Below are positions 1-13,199 of a DNA stretch of 64,000 bases, in pieces. The DNA lies in contig OZ059895.1 in NCBI GenBank assembly GCA_964057225.1, positions 124,001 through 188,000 of the forward strand. The letters are read 5' to 3'. Numbering within the stretch: position 1 is the first letter of the stretch; every line of letters starts with the position of its first letter. The DNA is from Auanema rhodensis. Taxonomy: Eukaryota > Animalia > Nematoda. The position numbers and the translations under genes are program-made. Under the pieces are notes generated by a model, which was given only the letters and a program-made list of their open reading frames with translations, did not search any database and had not been told where the DNA came from.

Positions 1-1373
1 TTTCAAAGTCATGGTTACCATGAACCAATATCAATAAAAATTTGTTTTTAGACTAATATGGACATGGGGAATCTAATTTTGAAAACCGCATCTCTTTATC
101 TTTCACGTGAAGCGAGTAACAAACCAAGTGCACATCACGTGTACATTTAATTAGCATAAATTAAAGTTCACGTAAATTTCAAAGTAATGGTTACCATGCA
201 CCAATATCAATAAAAATTTGTTTTTAGACTAATATGGACATGGGGAATCTAATTTTGAAAACCGCATCTCTTTATCTTTCACGTGAAGCGAGTTACATAC
301 CAAGTGCACATCACGTGTACATTTAATTAGCATAAATTAAAGTTCACGTAAATTTCAAAGTCATGGTTACCATGCACCAATATCAATAAAAATTTGTTTT
401 TAGACTAATATGGACATGGGGAATCTAATTTTGAAAACCGCATCTCTTTATCTTTCACGTGAAGCGAGTTACATACCAAGTGCACATCACGTGTACATTT
501 AATTAGCATAAATTAAAGTTCACGTAAATTTCAAAGTCATGGTTACCATGCACCAATATCAATAAAAATTTGTTTTTAGACTAATATGGACATGGGGAAT
601 CTAATTTTGAAAACCGCATCTCTTTATCTTTCACGTGAAGCGAGTTACATACCAAGTGCACATCACGTGTACATTTAATTAGCATAAATTAAAGTTCACG
701 TAAATTTCAAAGTCATGGTTACCATGCACCAATATCAATAAAAATTTGTTTTTAGACTAATATGGACATGGGGAATCTAATTTTGAAAACCGCATCTCTT
801 TATCTTTCACGTGAAGCGAGTTGCATACCAAGTGCACATCACGTGTACATTTAATTAGCATAAATTAAAGTTCACGTAAATTTCAAAGTCATGGTTACCA
901 TGAACCAATATCAATAAAAATTTGTTTTTAGACTAATATGGACATGGGGAATCTAATTTTGAAAACCGCATCTCTTTATCTTTCACGTGAAGCGAGTTAC
1001 ATACCAAGTGCACATCACGTGTACATTTAATTAGCATAAATTAAAGTTCACGTAAATTTCAAAGTCATGGTTACCATGAACCAATATCAATAAAAATTTG
1101 TGTTTAGACTAATATGGACATGGGGAATCTAATTTTGAAAACCGCATCTCTTTATCTTTCACGTGAAGCGAGTTACATACCAAGTGCACATCACGTGTAC
1201 ATTTAATTAGCATAAATTAAAGTTCACGTAAATTTCAAAGTCATGGTTACCATGCACCAATATCAATAAAAATTTGTTGTTAGACTAATATGGACATGGG
1301 GAATCTAATTTTGAAAACCGCATCTCTTTATCTTTCACGTGAAGCGAGTTACATACCAAGTGCACATCACGTG

Positions 1374-1415
1374 TACATTTAATTAGCATAAATTTACATT
1401 TAATTGGCATAAATT
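1374..1415 (+). repeat. 21-bp internal tandem duplication defining a 197-bp SatA variant (representative of 10 copies seen)
   Basis: TACATTTAATTAGCATAAATT is followed by TACATTTAATTGGCATAAATT. Monomer starts at 1233 and 1430 are 197 bp apart. Second copies start at ~1395, 2120, 4074, 4799, 5853, 6578, 8183, 9436, 10337 and 22678. Confidence 0.95.
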
Positions 1416-4400
1416 AAAGTTCACGTAAATTTCAAAGTCATGGTTACCATGAACCAATATCAATAAAAATTTGTTTTTAGACTAATATGGACATGGGGAA
1501 TCTAATTTTGAAAACCGCATCTCTTTATCTTTCACGTGAAGCGAGTTACAAACCAAGTGCACATCACGTGTACATTTAATTAGCATAAATTAAAGTTCAC
1601 GTAAATTTCAAAGTCATGGTTACCATGAACCAATATCAATAAAAATTTGTTTTTATACTAATATGGACATGGGGAATCTAATTTTGAGAACCGCATCTCT
1701 TTATCTTTCACGTGAAGCGAGTTGCATACCAAGTGCACATCACGTGTACATTTAATTAGCATAAATTAAAGTTCACGTAAATTTCAAAGTCATGGTTACC
1801 ATGCACCAATATCAATAAAAATTTGTTGTTAGACTAATATGGACATGGGGAATCTAATTTTGAAAACCGCATCTCTCTATCTTTCACGTGAAGCGAGTTA
1901 CATACCAAGTGCACATCACGTGTACATTTAATTAGCATAAATTAAAGTTCACGTAAATTTCAAAGTCATGGTTACCATGCACCAATATCAATAAAAATTT
2001 GTTGTTAGACTAATATGGACATGGGGAATCTAATTTTGAAAACCGCATCTCTTTATCTTTCACGTGAAGCGAGTTACATACCAAGTGCACATCACGTGTA
2101 CATTTAATTAGCATAAATTTACATTTAATTGGCATAAATTGAAGTTCACGTAAATTTCAAAGTCATGGTTACCATGAACCAATATCAAAAAAATTTGTTT
2201 TTAGACTAATATGGACATGGGGAATCTAATTTTGAAAACCGCATCTCTTTATCTTTCACGTGAAGCGAGTTACAAACCAAGTGCACATCACGTGTACATT
2301 TAATTAGCATAAATTGAAGTTCACGTAAATTTCAAAGTCATGGTTACCATGAACCAATATCAATAAAAATTTGTTGTTAGACTAATATGGACATGGGGAA
2401 TCTAATTTTGAAAACCGCATCTCTTTATCTTTCACGTGAAGCGAGTTGCATACCAAGTGCACATCACGTGTACATTTAATTAGCATAAATTAAAGTTCAC
2501 GTAAATTTCAAAGTCATGGTTACCATGCACCAATATCAATAAAAATTTGTTGTTAGACTAATATGGACATGGGGAATCTAATTTTGAAAACCGCATCTCT
2601 CTATCTTTCACGTGAAGCGAGTTACATACCAAGTGCACATCACGTGTACATTTAATTAGCATAAATTAAAGTTCACGTAAATTTCAAAGTCATGGTTACC
2701 ATGCACCAATATCAATAAAAATTTGTTGTTAGACTAATATGGACATGGGGAATCTAATTTTGAAAACCGCATCTCTTTATCTTTCACGTGAAGCGAGTTA
2801 CATACCAAGTGCACATCACGTGTACATTTAATTAGCATAAATTAAAGTTCACGTAAATTTCAAAGTCATGGTTACCATGCACCAATATCAATAAAAATTT
2901 GTTGTTAGACTAATATGGACATGGGGAATCTAATTTTGAAAACCGCATCTCTCTATCTTTCACGTGAAGCGAGTTACATACCAAGTGCACATCACGTGTA
3001 CATTTAATTAGCATAAATTAAAGTTCACGTAAATTTCAAAGTCATGGTTACCATGAACCAATATCAATAAAAATTTGTTTTTAGACTAATATGGACATGG
3101 GGAATCTAATTTTGAAAACCGCATCTCTTTATCTTTCACGTGAAGCGAGTTACAAACCAAGTGCACATCACGTGTACATTTAATTAGCATAAATTAAAGT
3201 TCACGTAAATTTCAAAGTCATGGTTACCATGAACCAATATCAATAAAAATTTGTTGTTAGACTAATATGGACATGGGGAATCTAATTTTGAAAACCGCAT
3301 CTCTTTATCTTTCACGTGAAGCGAGTTACATACCAAGTGCCCATCACGTGTACATTTAATTAGCATAAATTAAAGTTCACGTAAATTTCAAAGTCATGGT
3401 TACCATGAACCAATATCAATAAAAGTTTGTTTTTAGACTAATATGGACATGGGGAATCTAATTTTGAAAACCGCATCTCTTTATCTTTCACGTGAAGCGA
3501 GTTACATACCAAGTGCACATCACGTGTACATTTAATTAGCATAAATTAAAGTTCACGTAAATTTCAAAGTCATAATTACCATGAACCAATATCAATAAAA
3601 ATTTGTTTTTATACTAATATGGACATGGGGAATCTAATTTTGAAAACCGCATCTCTTTATCTTTCACGTGAAGCGAGTTGCATACCAAGTGCACATCACG
3701 TGTACATTTAATTAGCATAAATTAAAGTTCACGTAAATTTCAAAGTCATGGTTATCATGCACCAATATCAATAAAAATTTGTTGTTAGACTAATATGGAC
3801 ATGGGGAATCTAATTTTGAAAACCGCATCTCTCTATCTTTCACGTGAAGCGAGTTACATACCAAGTGCACATCACGTGTACATTTAATTAGCATAAATTA
3901 AAGTTCACGTAAATTTCAAAGTCATGGTTACCATGCACCAATATCAATAAAAATTTGTTGTTAGACTAATATGGACATGGGGAATCTAATTTTGAAAACC
4001 GCATCTCTTTATCTTTCACGTGAAGCGAGACATACCAAGTGCACATCACGTGTACATTTAATCAGCATAAATTTACATTTAATTGGCATAAATTAAAGTT
4101 CACGTAAATTTCAAAGTCATGGTTACCATGAACCAATATCAATAAAAATTTGTTTTTAGACTAATATGGACATGGGGAATCTAATTTTGAAAACCGCATC
4201 TCTTTATCTTTCACGTGAAGCGAGTTACAAACCAAGTGCACATCACGTGTACATTTAATTAGCATAAATTAAAGTTCACGTAAATATCAAAGTCATGGTT
4301 ACCATGAACCAATATCAATAAAAATTTGTTTTTAGACTAATATGGACATGGGGAATCTAATTTTGAAAACCGCATCTATTTATCTTTCACGTGAAGCGAG

Positions 4401-4459
4401 TTACATACCAAGTGCACATCACGTGTACATTTAATTAGCATAAATTAAAGTTCACGTAA

Positions 4460-7400
4460 ATTTCAAAGTCATGGTTACCATGCACCAATATCAATAAAAA
4501 TTTGTTGTTAGACTAATATGGACATGGGGAATCTAATTTTGAAAACCGCATCTCTCTATCTTTCACGTGAAGCGAGTTACATACCAAGTGCACATCACGT
4601 GTACATTTAATTAGCATAAATTAAAGTTCACGTAAATTTCAAAGTCATGGTTACCATGCACCAATATCAATAAAAATTTGTTGTTAGACTAACATGGACA
4701 TGGGGAATCTAATTTTGAAAACCGCATCTCTTTATCTTTCACGTGAAGCGAGTTACATACCAAGTGCACATCACGTGTACATTTAATTAGCATAAATTTA
4801 CATTTAATTGGCATAAATTGAAGTTCACGTAAATTTCAAAGTCATGGTTACCATGAACCAATATCAATAAAAATTTGTTTTTAGACTAATATGGACATGG
4901 GGAATCTAATTTTGAAAACCGCATCTCTTTATCTTTCACGTGAAGCGAGTTACAAACCAAGTGCACATCACGTGTACATTTAATTAGCATAAATTAAAGT
5001 TCACGTAAATTTCAAAGTCATGGTTACCATGAACCAATATCAATAAAAATTTGTTTTTAGACTAATATGGACATGGGGAATCTAATTTTGAAAACCGCAT
5101 CGTTACATACCAAGTGCACATCGCGTGTACATTTAATTAGCATAAATTAAAGTTCACGTAAATTTCAAAGTCATGGTTACCATGCACCAATATCAATAAA
5201 AATTCGTTGTTAGACTAATATGGACATGGGGAATCTAATTTTGAAAATCGCATCTCTTTATCTTTCACGTGAAGCGAGTTACATACCAAGTGCACATCAC
5301 GTGTACATTTAGTTAGCATAAATTAAAGTTCACGTAAATTTCAAAGTCATGGTTACCATGAACCAATATCAATAAAAATTTGTTTTTAGAGTAATATGGA
5401 CATGGGGAATCTAATTTTGAAAACCGCATCTCTTTATCTTTCACGTGAAGCGAGTTACATACCAAGTGCACATCACGTGTACATTTAATTAGCATAAATT
5501 AAAGTTCACGTAAATTTCAAAGTCATAATTACCATGAACCAATATCAATAAAAATTTGTTTTTATACTAATATGGACATGGGGAATCTAATTTTGAAAAC
5601 CGCATCTCCTTATCTTTCACGTGAAGCGAGTTACATACCAAGTGCACATCACGTGTACATTTAATTAGCATAAATTAAAGTTCACGTAAATTTCAAAGTC
5701 ATGGTTACCATGCACCAATATCAATAAAAATTTGTTGTTAGACTAATATGGACATGGGGAATCTAATTTTGAAAACCGCATCTCTTTATCTTTCACGTGA
5801 AGCGAGTTACATACCAAGTGCACATCACGTGTACATTTAATCAGCATAAATTCACATTTAATTGGCATAAATTAAAGTTCACGTAAATTTCAAAGTCATG
5901 GTTACCATGAACCAATATCAATAAAAATTTTTTTTTAGACTAATATGAACATGGGGAATCTAATTTTGAAAACCGCATCTCTTTATCTTTCACGTGAAGC
6001 GAGTTACATACCAAGTGCACATCGCGTGTACATTTAATTAGCATAAATTAAAGTTCACGTAAATTTCAAAGTCATGGTTACCATGCACCAATATCAATAA
6101 AAATTTGTTTTTATACTAATATGGACATGGGGAATCTAATTTTGAAAATCGCATCTCTTTATCTTTCACGTGAAGCGAGTTGCATACCAAGTGCACATCA
6201 CGTGTACATTTAATTAGCATAAATTAAAGTTCACGTAAATTTCAAAGTCATGGTTACCATGCACCAATATCAATAAAAATTTGTTGTTAGACTAATATGG
6301 ACATGGGGAATCTAATTTTGAAAACCGCATCTCCTTATCTTTCACGTGAAGCGAGTTACATACCAAGTGCACATCACGTGTACATTTAATTAGCATAAAT
6401 TAAAGTTCACGTAAATTTCAAAGTCATGGTTACCATGCACCAATATCAATAAAAATTTGTTGTTAGACTAATATGGACATGGGGAATCTAATTTTGAAAA
6501 CCGCATCTCTTTATCTTTCACGTGAAGCGAGTTACATACCAAGTGCACATCACGTGTACATTTAATCAGCATAAATTCACATTTAATTGGCATAAATTAA
6601 AGTTCACGTAAATTTCAAAGTCATGGTTACCATGAACCAATATCAATAAAAATTTGTTTTTAGACTAATATGGACATGGGGAATCTAATTTTGAAAACCG
6701 CATCTCTTTATCTTTCACGTGAAGCGAGTTACATACCAAGTGCACATCGCGTGTACATTTAATTAGCATAAATTAAAGTTCACGTAAATTTCAAAGTCAT
6801 GGTTACCATGCACCAATATCAATAAAAATTTGTTGTTAGACTAATATGGACATGGGGAATCTAATTTTGAAAACCGCATCTCTTTATCTTTCACGTGAAG
6901 CGAGTTACATACCAAGTGCACATCACGTGTACATTTAATTAGCATAAATTAAAGTTCACGTAAATTTCAAAGTCATGGTTACCATGAACCAATATCAATA
7001 AAAATTTGTTTTTAGACTAATATGGACATGGGGAATCTAATTTTGAAAACCGCATCTCTTTATCTTTCACGTGAAGCGAGTTACATACCAAGTGCACATC
7101 ACGTGTACATTTAATTAGCATAAATTAAAGTTCACGTAAATTTCAAAGTCATGGTTACCATGAACCAATATCAATAAAAATTTGTTTTTAGACTAATATG
7201 GACATGGGGAATCTAATTTTGAAAACCGCATCTCTTTATCTTTCACGTGAAGCGAGTTACATACCAAGTGCACATCACGTGTACATTTAATTAGCATAAA
7301 TTAAAGTTCACGTAAATTTCAAAGTCATGGTTACCATGAACCAATATCAATAAAAATTTGTTTTTAGACTAATATGGACATGGGGAATCTAATTTTGAAA

Positions 7401-10400
7401 ACCGCATCTCTTTATCTTTCACGTGAAGCAAGTTACATACCAAGTGCACATCACGTGTACATTTAATTAGCATAAATTAAAGTTCACGTAAATTTCAAAG
7501 TCATGGTTACCATGCACCAATATCAATAAAAATTTGTTGTTAGACTAATATGGACATGGGGAATCTAATTTTGAAAACCGCATCTCTTTATCTTTCACGT
7601 GAAGCGAGTTACAAACCAAGTGCACATCACGTGTACATTTAATTAGCATAAATTAAAGTTCACGTAAATTTCAAAGTCATGGTTACCATGAACCAATATC
7701 AATAAAAATTTGTTTTTAGACTAATATGGACATGGGGAATCTAATTTTGAAAACCGCATCTCTTTATCTTTCACGTGAAGCGAGTTACATACCAAGTGCA
7801 CATCACGTGTACATTTAATTAGCATAAATTAAAGTTCACGTAAATTTCAAAGTCATGGTTACCATGCTCCAATATCAATAAAAATTTGTTGTTAGACTAA
7901 TATGGACATGGGGAATCTAATTTTGAAAACCGCATCTATCTATCTTTCACGTGAAGCGAGTTACATACCAAGTGCACATCACGTGTACATTTAATTAGCA
8001 TAAATTAAAGTTCACGTAAATTTCAAAGTCATGGTTACCATGCACCAATATCAATAAAAATTTGTTGTTAGACTAACATGGACATGGGGAATCTAATTTT
8101 GAAAACCGCATCTCTTTATCTTTCACGTGAAGCGAGTTACATACCAAGTGCACATCACGTGTACATTTAATTAGCATAAATTTACATTTAATTGGCATAA
8201 ATTGAAGTTCACGTAAATTTCAAAGTCATGGTTACCATGAACCAATATCAATAAAAATTTGTTTTTAGACTAATATGGACATGGGGAATCTAATTTTGAA
8301 AACCGCATCTCTTTATCTTTCACGTGAAGCGAGTTACAAACCAAGTGCACATCACGTGTACATTTAATTAGCATAAATTAAAGTTCACGTAAATTTCAAA
8401 GTCATGGTTACCATGAACCAATATCAATAAAAATTTGTTTTTAGACTAATATGGACATGGGGAATCTAATTTTGAAAACCGCATCTCTTTATCTTTCACG
8501 TGAAGCGAGTTACATACCAAGTGCACATCGCGTGTACATTTAATTAGCATAAATTAAAGTTCACGTAAATTTCAAAGTCATGGTTACCATGCACCAATAT
8601 CAATAAAAATTTGTTGTTAGACTAATATGGACATGGGGAATCTAATTTTGAAAACCGCATCACTTTATCTTTCACGTGAAGCGAGTTACATACCAAGTGC
8701 CCCTCACGTGTACATTTAATTAGCATAAATTAAAGTTCACGTAAATTTCAAAGTCATGGTTACCATGAACCAATATCAATAAAAATTTGTTTTTAGAGTA
8801 ATATGGACATGGGGAATCTAATTTTGAAAACCGCATCTCTTTATCTTTCACGTGAAGCGAGTTACATACCAAGTGCACATCACGTGTACATTTAATTAGC
8901 ATAAATTAAAGTTCACGTAAATTTCAAAGTCATAATTACCATGAACCAATATCAATAAAAATTTGTTTTTATACTAATATGGACATGGGGAATCTAATTT
9001 TGAAAACCGCATCTCTTTATCTTTCACGTGAAGCGAGTTGCATACCAAGTGCACATCACGTGTACATTTAATTAGCATAAATTAAAGTTCACGTAAATTT
9101 CAAAGTCATGGTTACCATGCACCAATATCAATAAAAATTTGTTGTTAGACTAATATGGACATGGGGAATCTAATTTTGAAAACCGCATCTCCTTATCTTT
9201 CACGTGAAGCGAGTTACATACCAAGTGCACATCACGTGTACATTTAATTAGCATAAATTAAAGTTCACGTAAATTTCAAAGTCATGGTTACCATGCACCA
9301 ATATCAATAAAAATTTGTTGTTAGACTAATATGGACATGGGGAATCTAATTTTGAAAACCGCATCTCTTTATCTTTCACGTGAAGCGAGTTACATACCAA
9401 GTGCACATCACGTGTACATTTAATCAGCATAAATTCACATTTAATTGGCATAAATTAAAGTTCACGTAAATTTCAAAGTCATGGTTACCATGAACCAATA
9501 TCAATAAAAATTTTTTTTTAGACTAATATGGACATGGGGAATCTAATTTTGAAAACCGCATCTCTTTATCTTTCACGTGAAGCGAGTTACATACCAAGTG
9601 CACATCGCGTGTACATTTAATTAGCATAAATTAAAGTTCACGTAAATTTCAAAGTCATGGTTACCATGCACCAATATCAATGAAAATTTGTTGTTAGACT
9701 AAGAAGGACATGGGGAATCTAATTTTGAAAACCGCATCTCTTTATCTTTCACGTGAAGCGAGTTACATACCAAGTGCACATCACGTGTACATTTAATTAG
9801 CATAAATTAAAGTTCACGTAAATTTCAAAGTCATGGTTACCATGAACCAATATCAATAAAAATTTGTTTTTATACTAATATGGACATGGGAAATCTAATT
9901 TTGAAAACCGCATCTCTTTATCTTTCACGTGAAGCGAGTTGCATACCAAGTGCACATCACGTGTACATTTAATTAGCATAAATTAAAGTTCACGTAAATT
10001 TCAAAGTCATGGTTACCATGCACCAATATCAATAAAAATTTGTTGTTAGACTAATATGGACATGGGGAATCTAATTTTGAAAACCGCATCTCCTTATCTT
10101 TCACGTGAAGCGAGTTACATACCAAGTGCACATCACGTGTACATTTAATTAGCATAAATTAAAGTTCACGTAAATTTCAAAGTCATGGTTACCATGCACC
10201 AATATCAATAAAAATTTGTTGTTAGACTAATATGGACATGGGGAATCTAATTTTGAAAACCGCATCTCTTTATCTTTCACGTGAAGCGAGTTACATACCA
10301 AGTGCACATCACGTGTACATTTAATCAGCATAAATTCACATTTAATTGGCATAAATTAAAGTTCACGTAAATTTCAAAGTCATGGTTACCATGAACCAAT

Positions 10401-11600
10401 ATCAATAAAAATTTGTTTTTAGACTAATATGGACATGGGGAATCTAATTTTGAAAACCGCATCTCTTTATCTTTCACGTGAAGCGAGTTACATACCAAGT
10501 GCACATCGCGTGTACATTTAATTAGCATAAATTAAAGTTCACGTAAATTTCAAAGTCATGGTTACCATGCACCAATATCAATAAAAATTTGTTGTTAGAC
10601 TAATATGGACATGGGGAATCTAATTTTGAAAACCGCATCTCTTTATCTTTCACGTGAAGCGAGTTACATACCAAGTGCACATCACGTGTACATTTAATTA
10701 GCATAAATTAAAGTTCACGTAAATTTCAAAGTCATGGTTACCATGTACCAATATCAATAAAAATTTGTTTTTAGACTAATATGGACATGGGGAATCTAAT
10801 TTTGAAAACCGCATCTCTTTATCTTTCACGTGAAGCGAGTTACATACCAAGTGCACATCACGTGTACATTTAATTAGCATAAATTAAAGTTCACGTAAAT
10901 TTCAAAGTCATGGTTACCATGAACCAATATCAATAAAAATTTGTTTTTAGACTAATATGGACATGGGGAATCTAATTTTGAAAACCGCATCTCTTTATCT
11001 TTCACGTGAAGCGAGTTACATACCAAGTGCACATCACGTGTACATTTAATTAGCATAAATTAAAGTTCACGTAAATTTCAAAGTCATGGTTACCATGAAC
11101 CAATATCAATAAAAATTTGTTTTTAGACTAATATGGACATGGGGAATCTAATTTTGAAAACCGCATCTCTTTATCTTTCACGTGAAGCAAGTTACATACC
11201 AAGTGCACATCACGTGTACATTTAATTAGCATAAATTAAAGTTCACGTAAATTTCAAAGTCATGGTTACCATGCACCAATATCAATAAAAATTTGTTGTT
11301 AGACTAATATGGACATGGGGAATCTAATTTTGAAAACCGCATCTCTTTATCTTTCACGTGAAGCGAGTTACAAACCAAGTGCACATCACGTGTACATTTA
11401 ATTAGCATAAATTAAAGTTCACGTAAATTTCAAAGTCATGGTTACCATGAACCAATATCAATAAAAATTTGTTTTTAGACTAATATGGACATGGGGAATC
11501 TAATTTTGAAAACCGCATCTCTTTATCTTTCACGTGAAGCGAGTTACATACCAAGTGCACATCACGTGTACATTTAATTAGCATAAATTAAAGTTCACGT
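4460..11600 (+). repeat. Approximate 19-monomer higher-order duplication within SatA (offset 3384-3407 bp; boundaries approximate)
   Basis: Rare variants pair at a fixed offset: AACATGG ~4693/8077, 21-bp duplication 4799/8183 (offset 3384 = 19x176+63-23), and the GAGTAAT variant under ORFs 5313/8720 (offset 3407 = 19x176+63). Confidence 0.75.
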
Positions 11601-13199
11601 AATTTTCAAAGTCATGGTTACCATGAACCAATATCAATAAAAATTTGTTTTTAGACTAATATGGACATGGGGAATCTAATTTTGAAAACCGCATCTCTTT
11701 ATCTTTCACGTGAAGCAAGTTACATACCAAGTGCACATCACGTGTACATTTAATTAGCATAAATTAAAGTTCACGTAAATTTCAAAGTCATGGTTACCAT
11801 GCACCAATATCAATAAAAATTTGTTGTTAGACTAATATGGACATGGGGAATCTAATTTTGAAAACCGCATCTCTTTATCTTTCACGTGAAGCGAGTTACA
11901 AACCAAGTGCACATCACGTGTACATTTAATTAGCATAAATTAAAGTTCACGTAAATTTCAAAGTCATGGTTACCATGAACCAATATCAATAAAAATTTGT
12001 TTTTAGACTAATATGGACATGGGGAATCTAATTTTGAAAACCGCATCTCTTTATCTTTCACGTGAAGCGAGTTACATACCAAGTGCACATCACGTGTACA
12101 TTTAATTAGCATAAATTAAAGTTCACGTAATTTTCAAAGTCATGGTTACCATGAACCAATATCAATAAAAATTTGTTTTTAGACTAATATGGACATGGGG
12201 AATCTAATTTTGAAAACCGCATCTCTTTATCTTTCACGTGAAGCAAGTTACATACCAAGTGCACATCACGTGTACATTTAATTAGCATAAATTAAAGTTC
12301 ACGTAAATTTCAAAGTCATGGTTACCATGCACCAATATCAATAAAAATTTGTTGTTAGACTAATATGGACATGGGAAATCTAATTTTGAAAACCGCATCT
12401 CTTTATCTTTCACGTGAAGCGAGTTACATACCAAGTGCACATCACGTGTACATTTAATTAGCTTAAATTAAAGTTCACGTAAATTTCAAAGTCATGGTTA
12501 CCATGCACCAATATCAATAAAAATTGGTTTTTAGACTAATATGGACATGGGGAATCTAATTTTGAAAATCGCATCTCTTTATCTTTCACGTGAAGCGAGT
12601 TACATACCAAGTGCACATCACGTGTACATTTAATTAGCATAAATTAAAGTTCACGTAAATTTCAAAGTCATGGTTACCATGCACCAATATCAATAAAAAT
12701 TGGTTTTTAGACTAATATGGACATGGGGAATCTAATTTTGAAAATCGCATCTCTTTATCTTTCACGTGAAGCGAGTTACATACCAAGTGCACATCACGTG
12801 TACATTTAATTAGCATAAATTAAAGTTCACGTAAATTTCAAAGTCATGGTTACCATGCACCAATATCAATAAAAATTGGTTTTTAGACTAATATGGACAT
12901 GGGGAATCTAATTTTGAAAACCGCATCTCTTTATCTTTCACGTGAAGCGAGTTACATACCAAGTGCACATCACGTGTACATTTAATTAGCATAAATTAAA
13001 GTTCACGTAAATTTCAAAGTCATGGTTACCATGAACCAATATCAATAAAAATTTGTTTTTAGACTAATATGGACATGGGGAATCTAAATTTGAAAACCGC
13101 ATCTCTTTATCTTTCACGTGAAGCGAGTTACATACCAAGTGCACATCACGTGTACATTTAATTAGCATAAATTAAAGTTCACGTAAATTTCAAAGTCAT

